Part shown: piece by piece, positions 19,332-28,175 of the stretch
Layout of the letters: every line of letters starts with the position of its first letter
How positions within the stretch are numbered: position 1 is the first letter of the stretch
NCBI GenBank assembly: GCA_963743305.1
Contig: CAVUPH010000019.1
Coordinates: 1-64,000, forward strand
Direction of reading: 5' to 3'
Length of the DNA: 64,000 bases
Origin: an uncultured delta proteobacterium
Lineage (GTDB): Bacteria; Desulfobacterota; RBG-13-43-22
The notes under the pieces: generated by a model
Told to the model about the DNA's origin: nothing
What the model saw: the letters and a program-made list of their open reading frames with translations, nothing else
Databases searched by the model: none
Position numbers and translations under genes: made by a program

Positions 19332-20201
19332 ATGGTTTTTGCTAGATTGATTTTGGGTTGTTTGACCCTTTTGATTTTTGTTTTTTCGGGTTGCGGGACT
19401 ATCCCTAAACCGAAAGAAGCCAAAGGGCCCCCCAAAATCGCGCTAGTACTGGGGGGCGGGGCGGCCCGGGGCTTTGCCCACGTGGGGGTGATCCGGGTTT
19501 TGGAACAGGAAAAGATCCCGATCAGCATGATCGTGGGCGCCAGTGTGGGCAGCCTGATCGGGGCTCTTTATGCCGCCGATCCCAATAGTTTGAACCTCGA
19601 GTGGCTGGCCTTCTCCATCGAGAAGGAGGATATTTTTGATTATTCCGTCGTTTACTCCAAAATGGGACCGGTCCAGGGCGACCGTTTGGAAAAATTCGTC
19701 CAGACCAAGGCCAAGGTGAAAAACTTGGAACAGATGAAGATTCCCTTTTTCCCGGTGGCCACGGACCTCAACACCGGTCAGACCTGGGTATTCGAGAGGG
19801 GTTCGGTGGCCAGGGCCGTTCGGGCCAGTTCGTCCATCCCCGGTATCTTCCAGCCGGTGGAGATCAACGGCCGGACCTATGTGGACGGAGGCGTTACGGA
19901 CAACCTGCCGGTGGATGTCGCCCGGGCCAAAGGGGCGGATATCGTTATCGCCGTTAACATCCAAAAAAGGATCGATAACCCCCAGATCAATTCCCTGATC
20001 GACGTGATTCTCCAATCCATCAACATTATGGGGCGAGAGCTGGTCCTTTATAAATGCCGTCAGTATGAGGTCTTGATCGAACCCCCCGTGGGTGATGTGG
20101 GCCTGACCGATTTCAGCCAGAAAAAACGTCTGATGGAGGCCGGCATGCAGGCGGCCCGGCAGGCCTTGCCCAAGATAAGAAAGCTGATCGAAGAGCGATG
20201 A
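19332..20201 (+). CDS. Patatin-like phospholipase, lipoprotein
   Basis: Lipobox FSGC; LGGGAARG, GASVG nucleophile elbow, YVDGG. Confidence 0.92.
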   Translation: MVFARLILGCLTLLIFVFSGCGTIPKPKEAKGPPKIALVLGGGAARGFAHVGVIRVLEQEKIPISMIVGASVGSLIGALYAADPNSLNLEWLAFSIEKEDIFDYSVVYSKMGPVQGDRLEKFVQTKAKVKNLEQMKIPFFPVATDLNTGQTWVFERGSVARAVRASSSIPGIFQPVEINGRTYVDGGVTDNLPVDVARAKGADIVIAVNIQKRIDNPQINSLIDVILQSINIMGRELVLYKCRQYEVLIEPPVGDVGLTDFSQKKRLMEAGMQAARQALPKIRKLIEER

Positions 20202-20250
20202 TCTAGGCGGGCACCCACGATGTATGAAACAAGGACTTGCGAGCAAAGAC

Positions 20251-20340
20251 GTCATGCGAGGATGGAGCGACGAAGCAATCCCCCAACGGTTTCGGCTCTC
20301 TCTAAGCTATGGATGGGGATTGCTTCGCGCTCGCAATGAC
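20251..20340. repeat. Palindromic repeat, GTCAT...GCAATC/GATTGC...CGCAATGAC family
   Basis: Same arms as 13561-13648. Confidence 0.8.
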
Positions 20341-20396
20341 CATAGCGAGGCATTTTATTTCGACTAAACCCGAGAAGAATTCGTTCTTAAAGGACA

Positions 20397-21308
20397 ATGA
20401 TGCGTTTTCCGCTGCATGGCTGGATTGGATTGGTGGCCCTGGTGGGTTCTCAGACCGCTTTACTTCTCCAATTTGAACCTTTGACCATTCATTTTTATTC
20501 ATTGATCTGGTGGCCCTATATCTTGTTGGCTGATGGACTGATCTACTATCGGCGGGGTACCAGCTTGATCATGAACCGACCCCGGGAATTTTTATTATTA
20601 ATCCCCTGGTCGGTGGTAATCTGGGTAATTTTTGAGGCCTTTAATTTGGTGCTCCGAAATTGGTATTATATCGGGGTCCCCCAAGAAATCTTCGTCCGTT
20701 GGCCGGGGTACTTTGTGGCCTATGGAACCGTACTGCCGGCCATTTTTGAAACCCGGGAACTGCTGGACGCCTGGCAGGTTTTTGGCAAAAGGCGGATAAG
20801 ACCGGTCCAAATTTCCGCTTCCTGGGTTGCCGGTTTCAGATTCCTCGGCCTGGCCATGCTGTTACTGCCGCTGATCTGGCCTCTTTACGCCTTCCCTCTG
20901 GTCTGGGGTGGTTTTGTCTTTCTCCTGGAGCCCTTAAATTACCGGCGGGGTCGGCCCTCCCTCCTCAGGGACCTGGAGGGGGGAACGCTGGTTAACTTTT
21001 ATCGACTTCTGCTGGCCGGCTTGATCTGCGGCGGTCTCTGGGAGTTCTGGAATTTCTGGGCCCAGGCCAAATGGATTTACACCGTGCCCTGGGTAGGTGA
21101 AATTAAATTGTTTGAGATGCCGATCTTGGGCTTTCTGGGGTTTCCGCCTTTCGCCGTGGAGTGCTACGTCATGGCCCATTTCCTGCGGATCTACGAAATG
21201 GATTCCAACCAAAAACAGTGGTCCTGGAAGGCCGTTCCCCTCTGGCTGCTTATCTACGCCCTTATGTTCTGGGCCATTGACCGGTTTACGGTCCGCCTCT
21301 ATGTCTGA
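20397..21308 (+). CDS. Integral membrane hypothetical protein
   Basis: Multiple TM segments; WEFWNFWA..KWIY..P, LFEMPILGFLGFPPFA motifs. Confidence 0.75.
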   Translation: MMRFPLHGWIGLVALVGSQTALLLQFEPLTIHFYSLIWWPYILLADGLIYYRRGTSLIMNRPREFLLLIPWSVVIWVIFEAFNLVLRNWYYIGVPQEIFVRWPGYFVAYGTVLPAIFETRELLDAWQVFGKRRIRPVQISASWVAGFRFLGLAMLLLPLIWPLYAFPLVWGGFVFLLEPLNYRRGRPSLLRDLEGGTLVNFYRLLLAGLICGGLWEFWNFWAQAKWIYTVPWVGEIKLFEMPILGFLGFPPFAVECYVMAHFLRIYEMDSNQKQWSWKAVPLWLLIYALMFWAIDRFTVRLYV

Positions 21309-22635
21309 AAGGGTCTATCTTATCAGCCTGGGCTGCGCCAAAAACCGGGTGGACAGCGAAGTTATGCTGGGCCAACTGCAGGGGCAAGGGTATCGGATCA
21401 CGGAGACGCCGGAAGAGGCGGCAGTCATCATTGTCAATACCTGCAGCTTCATTCGCTCGGCCGTGGAGGAGTCCATAGAAACCATCCTGGAGGCGGCCCG
21501 ATTCAAGGAACAGGGCCTTTGTCGTGTCCTGGGGGTGACCGGCTGCTTTCCCCAGCGGTATCGGGAAGAACTGGTCGACCGGCTGCCGGAGGTGGATTTT
21601 TTTTTAGGCACCGAATCCTTTGGGGGGATCGCCCGGCAGGTTCGGGAAGCCCTGACCCGGACCGGGGGAACGACCTTCGACTTGAAGCCCGACCCGGCCC
21701 TCTGGCACGAACCCTGGGACAGACTGCTGACCACCCCTCCGGGGACGGCCTATTTAAAAATCGCGGAAGGCTGCTCCAACCGCTGTGCCTACTGCACCAT
21801 CCCGGATATTCGCGGTCCCTTCCGGAGCCGGGACCCGAAGATCCTCGTCGCGGAGGCCGAGACTTTGGCCGCCCGGGGGGTCAGAGAATTGATCCTGGTG
21901 GCCCAAGACACCACGGCCTACGGGGGCGATCTTTCCCGGCCCGCTTCTCTCATAGGTCTGATAACCTCTCTGGCCGGGATCGATCCGATCCACTGGATCC
22001 GGCTTTTATACCTGAGGCCGGAGCGGGTCACTCCGCGACTGTTGGAAACCTTGGCCTCGCTGGAAAAGGTCTGCCCCTACTTGGATATCCCCATCCAGCA
22101 TGCCAGCGACCGTATCTTAAAGGCCATGAACCGGCCCTACCGGCAGCGGGAGCTAAGGGCCTTGTTTCGGCGTATCCGCCGGACCTGGCCCCGGGTGGCC
22201 CTGCGGACCACGGTCATGGTCGGTTTTCCCGGTGAAGAGGAGGGGGATTTTCAGGAGCTGCAGCATTTTATCGAGGAAATTGAGTTCGATCACCTGGGCG
22301 TCTTTCGCTATTCACCCGAGGAAGGGACCCCGGCGGCCTTGCTGCCGGGAAAGATCGCCAAAAAAACGATTACCAAAAGATACCACCTGCTTCTGGCCCG
22401 GCAGAAGAAAATCTCCCAGGCCCATAATCGGGATTTTATCGGTCGGGTCGAACCGGTCCTCATCACCGGCCCGAGCGCCGAGAGCGAGTGGCTGCTGGAG
22501 GGCAGGACCCGCTTCCAGGCCCCCGAGGTGGACGGGGTGGTCTATATCACCGACGGCAGCCCTCGGATCGGAGAAATTAACACGGTAAAAATTATCGAAG
22601 CGCATCCCTATGATCTGGTTGGTGAGGCGCTGTAG
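21301..22635 (+). CDS. rimO: Ribosomal protein uS12 methylthiotransferase
   Basis: SLGCAKNRVDSE, VNTCSFI, radical SAM CSNRCAYC, RTRFQAPEVDG, TRAM end HPYDLVGE. Confidence 0.95.
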   Translation: MSERVYLISLGCAKNRVDSEVMLGQLQGQGYRITETPEEAAVIIVNTCSFIRSAVEESIETILEAARFKEQGLCRVLGVTGCFPQRYREELVDRLPEVDFFLGTESFGGIARQVREALTRTGGTTFDLKPDPALWHEPWDRLLTTPPGTAYLKIAEGCSNRCAYCTIPDIRGPFRSRDPKILVAEAETLAARGVRELILVAQDTTAYGGDLSRPASLIGLITSLAGIDPIHWIRLLYLRPERVTPRLLETLASLEKVCPYLDIPIQHASDRILKAMNRPYRQRELRALFRRIRRTWPRVALRTTVMVGFPGEEEGDFQELQHFIEEIEFDHLGVFRYSPEEGTPAALLPGKIAKKTITKRYHLLLARQKKISQAHNRDFIGRVEPVLITGPSAESEWLLEGRTRFQAPEVDGVVYITDGSPRIGEINTVKIIEAHPYDLVGEAL

Positions 22636-22718
22636 TTGAAAGCCGGCGATTTCCCTCCCAAAGTCCGGTAGCCGGCGGAAATCCTTTTCCAGTTTCTTGC
22701 GAATAATTTCTTCATTAT

Positions 22719-22900
22719 CCGGTCCTCATCACCGGTCCGAGTGCGAGAGTGAATGGCTGCTGGAGGGCAGGACCCGCTTTCAGGCCCCGGAGGTGGACGG
22801 GGTGGTCTATATCACCGACGGCGAGCCCCAAATCGGCGAAATCAACTCCGTAAAAATCATCGAAGCCCATCCTTATGATTTGGTGGGGGAGGCCCTATAA
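22719..22900 (+). repeat. Diverged duplicate of the rimO 3' end
   Basis: Direct repeat of 22453-22635, ~180 bp, with mostly synonymous differences and its own stop codon. Confidence 0.92.
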
Positions 22901-23281
22901 CTAACGCCCAGGGATACTTCACATATCCCCGACGGGATTCGTTTTTACCGGAAATAACATAATCATAATAATTGGTTGGGCTATTAACCCCAATTTCCTC
23001 CCCTCCCGCCTCTTCCCTCCAGATTGACGAACTTGAACCACATCCTAGGCATTCCCGGGCCAGTTGGTCGATGGGCCGCCAATCCTCATTGATCCCGGCC
23101 GGGATCCGGCACCCGGAGTAAATGAAGCAGGTTTTGATTAAAATCCCCAGCCGATTTTCTTGACAAGGCTTTAAATTTATGGTCAAATTCTTAACAAAAA
23201 TAGACCATTGAATACTTCTATTAAAACAGTCAATTGACTGGTTGCAGACCGGTCATTAGAAACTTGGCTAAGGGGAAAAAT

Positions 23282-23723
23282 ATGGCAGGAGTCCTTGATG
23301 TTGCAGCCTATATTTTAAATAAACATGGTCCAATGACCGCGATGAAACTCCAGAAAATTGTTTATTATTGCCAGGCCTGGTCTTTAATTTGGGACGGAAA
23401 GCCCCTTTTTCGGGAAAAAATAGAGGCTTGGGCTAATGGACCAGTCGTGAGAAAGTTATTCGAGGCCCATCGGGGTCAATTTGAGGTAAAATCAATTTCC
23501 GGATGGAAATCAAAATATACTCAAACAATTTCAAATAGATACTATTAGTGCGGTATTAAATTATTATGGCGATAAGTCCTCACAATGGCTTAGCGATTTA
23601 ACTCACATGGAAGAACCTTGGCGAAAAGCCCGTGCCGGAATCCCGGAAAATATCCGCGGGAATAACGAAATTACCAAAGATACCATGGAAGAATATTACA
23701 GCAGTCTTCTCCCCGGATCATAA
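23282..23723 (+). CDS. Panacea-domain (DUF4065/GepA/SocA-like) antitoxin, frameshifted near 23500
   Basis: MKLQKIVYYCQAW, IEAWANGPV; second frame continues YYGDKSSQWLSDLTHMEEPW...EEYYSSLLPGS*. Confidence 0.85.
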
Positions 23724-23806
23724 TTAATCCTTTCAATACCTAAACAATCTCCTGCAAAAACGGATTGGTAAACCCGATCCGAGGCCCGTCAAGCCGGATT
23801 TAATGA

Positions 23807-24136
23807 TTAATGCCCTTCATCCATCCCGCTCAAGTCCCACAACGACCCTTTCCAATTAGAGATATACCCGTTATCCCGGCACACCGGACACCACCACAGG
23901 ATATCCTCGGTTTCGAAATCGAGATCCCATTCAATCATTCCCTGGCAGGGCTTTCGCCCCGGACGGCGGCGGCAGCGCACCCTATATCGAGAAGGGACGA
24001 TTAAATCCGGATGGGAGGCCATGACCACAATGGAGGTTAAATACTCCGCCAGTCGGAAGGCCGGGCCCGAAATGGGGGCGATATCGCCGTCCTCGTCGAG
24101 GAAATGAGTCAGGTCGGTTATCCAGGTTTCGGTCAT
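23807..24136 (-). CDS. Small Cys-rich hypothetical protein (putative Zn-binding)
   Basis: CRRRPGRKPC and WWCPVC...GYISNWKGSLWD; starts 4 nt after the HepT stop. Confidence 0.7.
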   Translation of the reverse strand: MTETWITDLTHFLDEDGDIAPISGPAFRLAEYLTSIVVMASHPDLIVPSRYRVRCRRRPGRKPCQGMIEWDLDFETEDILWWCPVCRDNGYISNWKGSLWDLSGMDEGH

Positions 24137-24140
24137 TCAA

Positions 24141-24565
24141 CTAAGCCTCTTCATGAAGGAATTCTTGCAGAATGGCGTCCGTAAACAGCAATAGATCGTT
24201 GAGCCGGTTTTCAATCACCTCGATCATGAGGGGGATATCCATTCGCTGATACTCGTGGACCAGTACATTCTGAATCCCACCATTCCTTCCAGATTTTTGG
24301 CCAGATCGGCAGGGACGACCTGGTTGGCCGCCAGCAACCGGAAGCTGTCTTTACTTTCCTTGGGAAGGCCGAGCTTTCGCACTTTGATTACATAGTTCGC
24401 CAGGTCGATACATTGTTCACAAGCCCGTTGGAGATTCAAAGCGATGGCATCCTGGCGCAGATAATCTTCTTCAAAGGGCGCTTCGCTGGAGAGCCCGTAA
24501 TAGGTTCGGATTTGTTTGATGCAGCGTTCGATGCTCTCTTTCTTGTTCAAGACGATGTCGTTCAT
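24141..24565 (-). CDS. hepT: HepT-like HEPN RNase toxin (DUF86), frameshifted
   Basis: MNDIVLNKKESIERCI, NLQRACEQCIDLA, MVGFRN(VLVH)EY giving the RX4H motif across one indel. Confidence 0.85.
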
Positions 24566-24976
24566 AAAGAATGAAACCTCCCGCTGGACCAAGGCGCTTG
24601 AGACGATCTCAGCCCGTTCTTCGTTGAGTTTTTGGTAATACGAAAGGGTCAGCATCTCGAATTCCTCCGCGGCGAACCAGTCCCCGTCATAAATACGGCA
24701 GTCGCCGACGACCACTTCCTTCTGGAGAACGGTAGGGACCCTTCGGAGGTTGATCAGGTCAACCTCTTTTTTCAGAAGGGATTCGAGGTCAAAACGCAAA
24801 TCACTCATCTGGAGCAAACCGGCTTTTTTCGCTTCTTCCGGCGGAAAAAGCACGGCGATATCCACATCGCTATCCGGCCATTCCTGTTCGGTACCGTACG
24901 AGCCGAAAAGATATATGGCCTGGGTATTCGGATAATGTTCCAGGACCGTCCGAATTATATTATCACGCTCGTTCAT
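24562..24976 (-). CDS. mntA: MntA-like minimal nucleotidyltransferase antitoxin
   Basis: YLFGSYG...DSDVDIAVL (GSX10DXD), VDLINLR. Reads in frame into HepT as given; one indel would give an ATGA-coupled pair. Confidence 0.85.
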
Positions 24977-25025
24977 AGCTTAGCCTTAAATTTTTTCCAA
25001 TTCCGATAAGTTGATTTCGGACATT

Positions 25026-26096
25026 TTACTTTACTACCTCCCAATACCCATTCCTGGCTTTTCCGATGCGACGCAACACCCCTTTTTTCTTGAGCTTATT
25101 TAGATATTCTTTGATGGTGGAGATGCTGATTTCCAAAGCACTTGAGAGCTTACTTCTGGAAATCTGTGGATTATCAGAAATTTTTTGGAGGATCTTTTTC
25201 TCCAAATCGGTCAGGTGGATTGGGGGGGTGATTGGGAGGGTGTGGGGGGGTATTACCTTCCGTCTTCACCTCTCTGTAAAAGATAACCCGAAAAAAGCCA
25301 TTGGCATCAAAATCCGGCTCTTTTAATCCGGCATCCGCCACGGCTTCCCGCATTCGCTGAATCCCCATGCCGATACGTTCTACCTTGTGGAGTCGAAAGA
25401 AAAGGTCGGAGATGATCTCATTACGCCTGACCGAGATGGTTCCGAAGGCTTTTTTGGACAGGCCGCGGGGAAGACCCCCAGGATTGATGATTTCAATTCG
25501 ATCGTCGTAGATTTCTACGCTGACCTGGGTCCCCGTGACGCTGTAATCCCGGTGCATGAGGGCATTGACTACGGCCTCTCTAATGGCATCCAGGGGAATC
25601 TCATAAATATCCTGCCTGTTAATGCCTCGGATTTCGCTCCTGATATTCAGATGTTTCTGAATAAGGAGAGGGTCTCGTTTTCCCGGAACATTATCCGAAT
25701 TTCCTGATGGCTCATCTTCTGGGTGGTACCGTTGAGCCGCCGGAAATAGCCGACCCGGCAGCTATAAGGCTTTTCATGGCCTTCCGGCACATTGATGGCC
25801 ACCACGTCTCCTACCTGGGACATTTCAACGGCGATGGGGGGTTGGCAGTTCCTGGCCAGGCTGTTGATCCTTCCCTTCAGATCGTTGGTCAGTCGTTCTC
25901 CGGAAATGGCACCGTCATCACGGACGCCCAGAAGCAGAGTCCCGCCCCTGGTATTTGCGAAGGCCACCAAGTCTTCGTCAATATGGGGGGTAAATCTTTC
26001 CTTGAACTCCAGGGTGAGCCCCTCGCCCTCGCGGATAAAAAGCTTTATTCTGTCAATGTCCTTTAATTTAAGCATCTCTTTCCCTGGTATTTTCAA
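25026..26096 (-). pseudogene. AlbA/Schlafen-domain + RecG-C-like ATP-binding + HTH protein, internally deleted and frameshifted
   Basis: EGEGLTLEFKE, VAFANTRGGTLLLGVRDDG; REAVVNALMHRDY, YDDRIEIINPGGL, RNEIISDLF, ERIGMGI; C-terminal HTH. The middle region appears missing. Confidence 0.75.
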
Positions 26097-26099
26097 GAA

Positions 26100-28175
26100 T
26101 CAATTCCTGAGATCATCCAGGAATTCTGAGGGGTTATCGCCGCTGGTCACGAGAAGATGATCCCGGGCACGGGTGCAGGCCACGTACAGGAGGTGGCGTT
26201 CGGTGTCATAGACTTCCTGGAGGTCCGACTCGTCGGCCACCGTTTCGATTCGTTTCTGTGAGGGAATGATCTCGTCGTCGCAGGCCATCACGACAACAGC
26301 ACGGAATTCCAACCCTTTGGCCAGGTGCATGGTGCTGATGGAAATGTGCCCGCTGCTTGTTTCAACCCGATCGTCGAGCACTTTATAAGGGATTCCGGAC
26401 AGTTCTACCGCCGCGCGGGCCCGGTCCAATTCACCGTCAGAGCGTACGAATACACCGATTTCGTGGGGGGAGACGCCCTCCAGGATTCGATCCTTAAGCC
26501 ACTGGCTGACCGCTTCAATTTCTTCCTTTGGACTATCCAACGTCATAATCCTCGGTTCCGGCCCATTGAATACCGAAATGGTGCCCCGCCGGTTTTCCAC
26601 ATTGCCGTCAACATCCTGCAATTCAGGGCCCAACAGCCGGTCGGCCTGCATCCGGATCTGGTGTGAGGTCCGGTAGTTTATTCGAAGGGTCCGGGATCGC
26701 CCGCGGATATCAACGCCAAGGGCTTTCCAGGAAAAAGGCTGCTGGAAGATCCGTTGACCAAGGTCCCCGGCAAAGAAAAGACCATTAGGTCGGTCGCCCT
26801 CCAGGGCAGCCAGAAATTTCAATTGGGCTACACTGATGTCCTGGGACTCGTCTATGACGGCAAAGTCGAAAGGCGGATGTTTGCTTTCTGCAAGATGGGT
26901 TGCCAGCCGGCTGAACATGGCGGAAAGGGTGATCTGGTTTTGGGCCTCCAGGTTGGATCGAACCCGATCGAAGATCGACCAGAGCACGGCCCTTTGCTTT
27001 TCCGGCAGGCGCGTTTTGCGGCCCAACCGGGTGACGTCCCGGTAGGCTTCCCAGGTCTCCAACTGCCAGGCGTCTACAATCTGCTCCCATTCGGTCAGCA
27101 AAAAGTGCAGACTGAACTTGTGCCCCTCGACTGCTCCGGCGGCCTGTTCGAGAAGTTGTCGTATAAACTCACGGGAGGCGATGTGCGGACGACCGAAATT
27201 GGCCTCATAAAGCCGCCGGCCGACCGCGTCCATGGCGAGCACTTCGAGGCGTTCGCCCAGGCGCGGTTCGCTGCTGATCAACCGCCTCAGCTTGGTCCGT
27301 AAGGCATTGGCCAGGGTATCGGAAAAGGTAGCGAGCAACACCCGGGCATCGGGATTGGTGCGGGCCAGAAACACGGCCCGGTGCAAGGCCACGATCGTTT
27401 TACCTGTACCCGCCGAGCCCGAAACCCGTGCCGGGCCGCTGTAATCCCTCTCAACCATTTGCCGCTGCGCCGGATGGAGAAAGACGGTCCATTTCTCCCA
27501 GGGGTATTCCAGGGCCTGTTCCAGCTCCTCTATATTGTGCATCGTCCGGAAGCGGCGTTGCGCATCGGGATGGGCAAACGGATCCAGGCCGGAGGGAACC
27601 GGCGGTACGGATGGAGGCGTTGCGCCGGTGGCCAGGTTCAACAGCGCCTCGGCGGCCTCGCCGGGCAGATGGTCGGCTATCTCCAACAAGGAGTCTTCGT
27701 CGGCCGCGCGCACATCCCCCAGCCATTCGGCCGGCACGCCGTAGCTGAGCAGTTTATCGTCGGAAAGATGGGCGAATAAGACTGGTTTGGGTTGATAAGG
27801 CTGCTCGCTCGCCACGTACCTGGGGATAGTGATCTCCTCCACCCGCTCCCGCACTTCCACCAGTTGGGCCGCGCCGGTCTTCGGATGGATTTCCAGCTTC
27901 CGCCGTTCAGCCCATTGATAGGCGGCATCGTGATGATCCACGTAGCACAACAGGAGGCTTTCCGCGGTCTTATGGACGATCAGGCGGATGTCACTGCTGA
28001 CCCGAATCGACCAGAAGTTCTTGTCCTTGGCCTTGGCGAGTTTGTGAAACTTCAGGCCCGGGTTCTCCGGGTTCATTTGCAGGTCAAAGGCGGTGGTCTT
28101 TACGGCCTTCTGCTCTTCGCCGGTGAGTCTGGCAAGGCTGTCGGTGAAGGTATCGGCGATGCGGAATTCCATCAC
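26100..28175 (-). CDS. UvrD-like SF1 helicase with N-terminal RelE-like domain
   Basis: Intact 691 aa; N-terminus PGLKFHKL..KDKNFWSIRVSSDIRLIV; GSAGTGKT, IDESQD, GDLGQRIF, NYRTS, HLAKGLEF, LYVACTRAR. Confidence 0.9.
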   Translation of the reverse strand: MMEFRIADTFTDSLARLTGEEQKAVKTTAFDLQMNPENPGLKFHKLAKAKDKNFWSIRVSSDIRLIVHKTAESLLLCYVDHHDAAYQWAERRKLEIHPKTGAAQLVEVRERVEEITIPRYVASEQPYQPKPVLFAHLSDDKLLSYGVPAEWLGDVRAADEDSLLEIADHLPGEAAEALLNLATGATPPSVPPVPSGLDPFAHPDAQRRFRTMHNIEELEQALEYPWEKWTVFLHPAQRQMVERDYSGPARVSGSAGTGKTIVALHRAVFLARTNPDARVLLATFSDTLANALRTKLRRLISSEPRLGERLEVLAMDAVGRRLYEANFGRPHIASREFIRQLLEQAAGAVEGHKFSLHFLLTEWEQIVDAWQLETWEAYRDVTRLGRKTRLPEKQRAVLWSIFDRVRSNLEAQNQITLSAMFSRLATHLAESKHPPFDFAVIDESQDISVAQLKFLAALEGDRPNGLFFAGDLGQRIFQQPFSWKALGVDIRGRSRTLRINYRTSHQIRMQADRLLGPELQDVDGNVENRRGTISVFNGPEPRIMTLDSPKEEIEAVSQWLKDRILEGVSPHEIGVFVRSDGELDRARAAVELSGIPYKVLDDRVETSSGHISISTMHLAKGLEFRAVVVMACDDEIIPSQKRIETVADESDLQEVYDTERHLLYVACTRARDHLLVTSGDNPSEFLDDLRN

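Noticed and set aside
22857-23186. 109-aa ORF as toxin partner of the Panacea gene
   Set aside because: No recognisable motif, overlaps the rimO duplicate, weak start context and divergent orientation.
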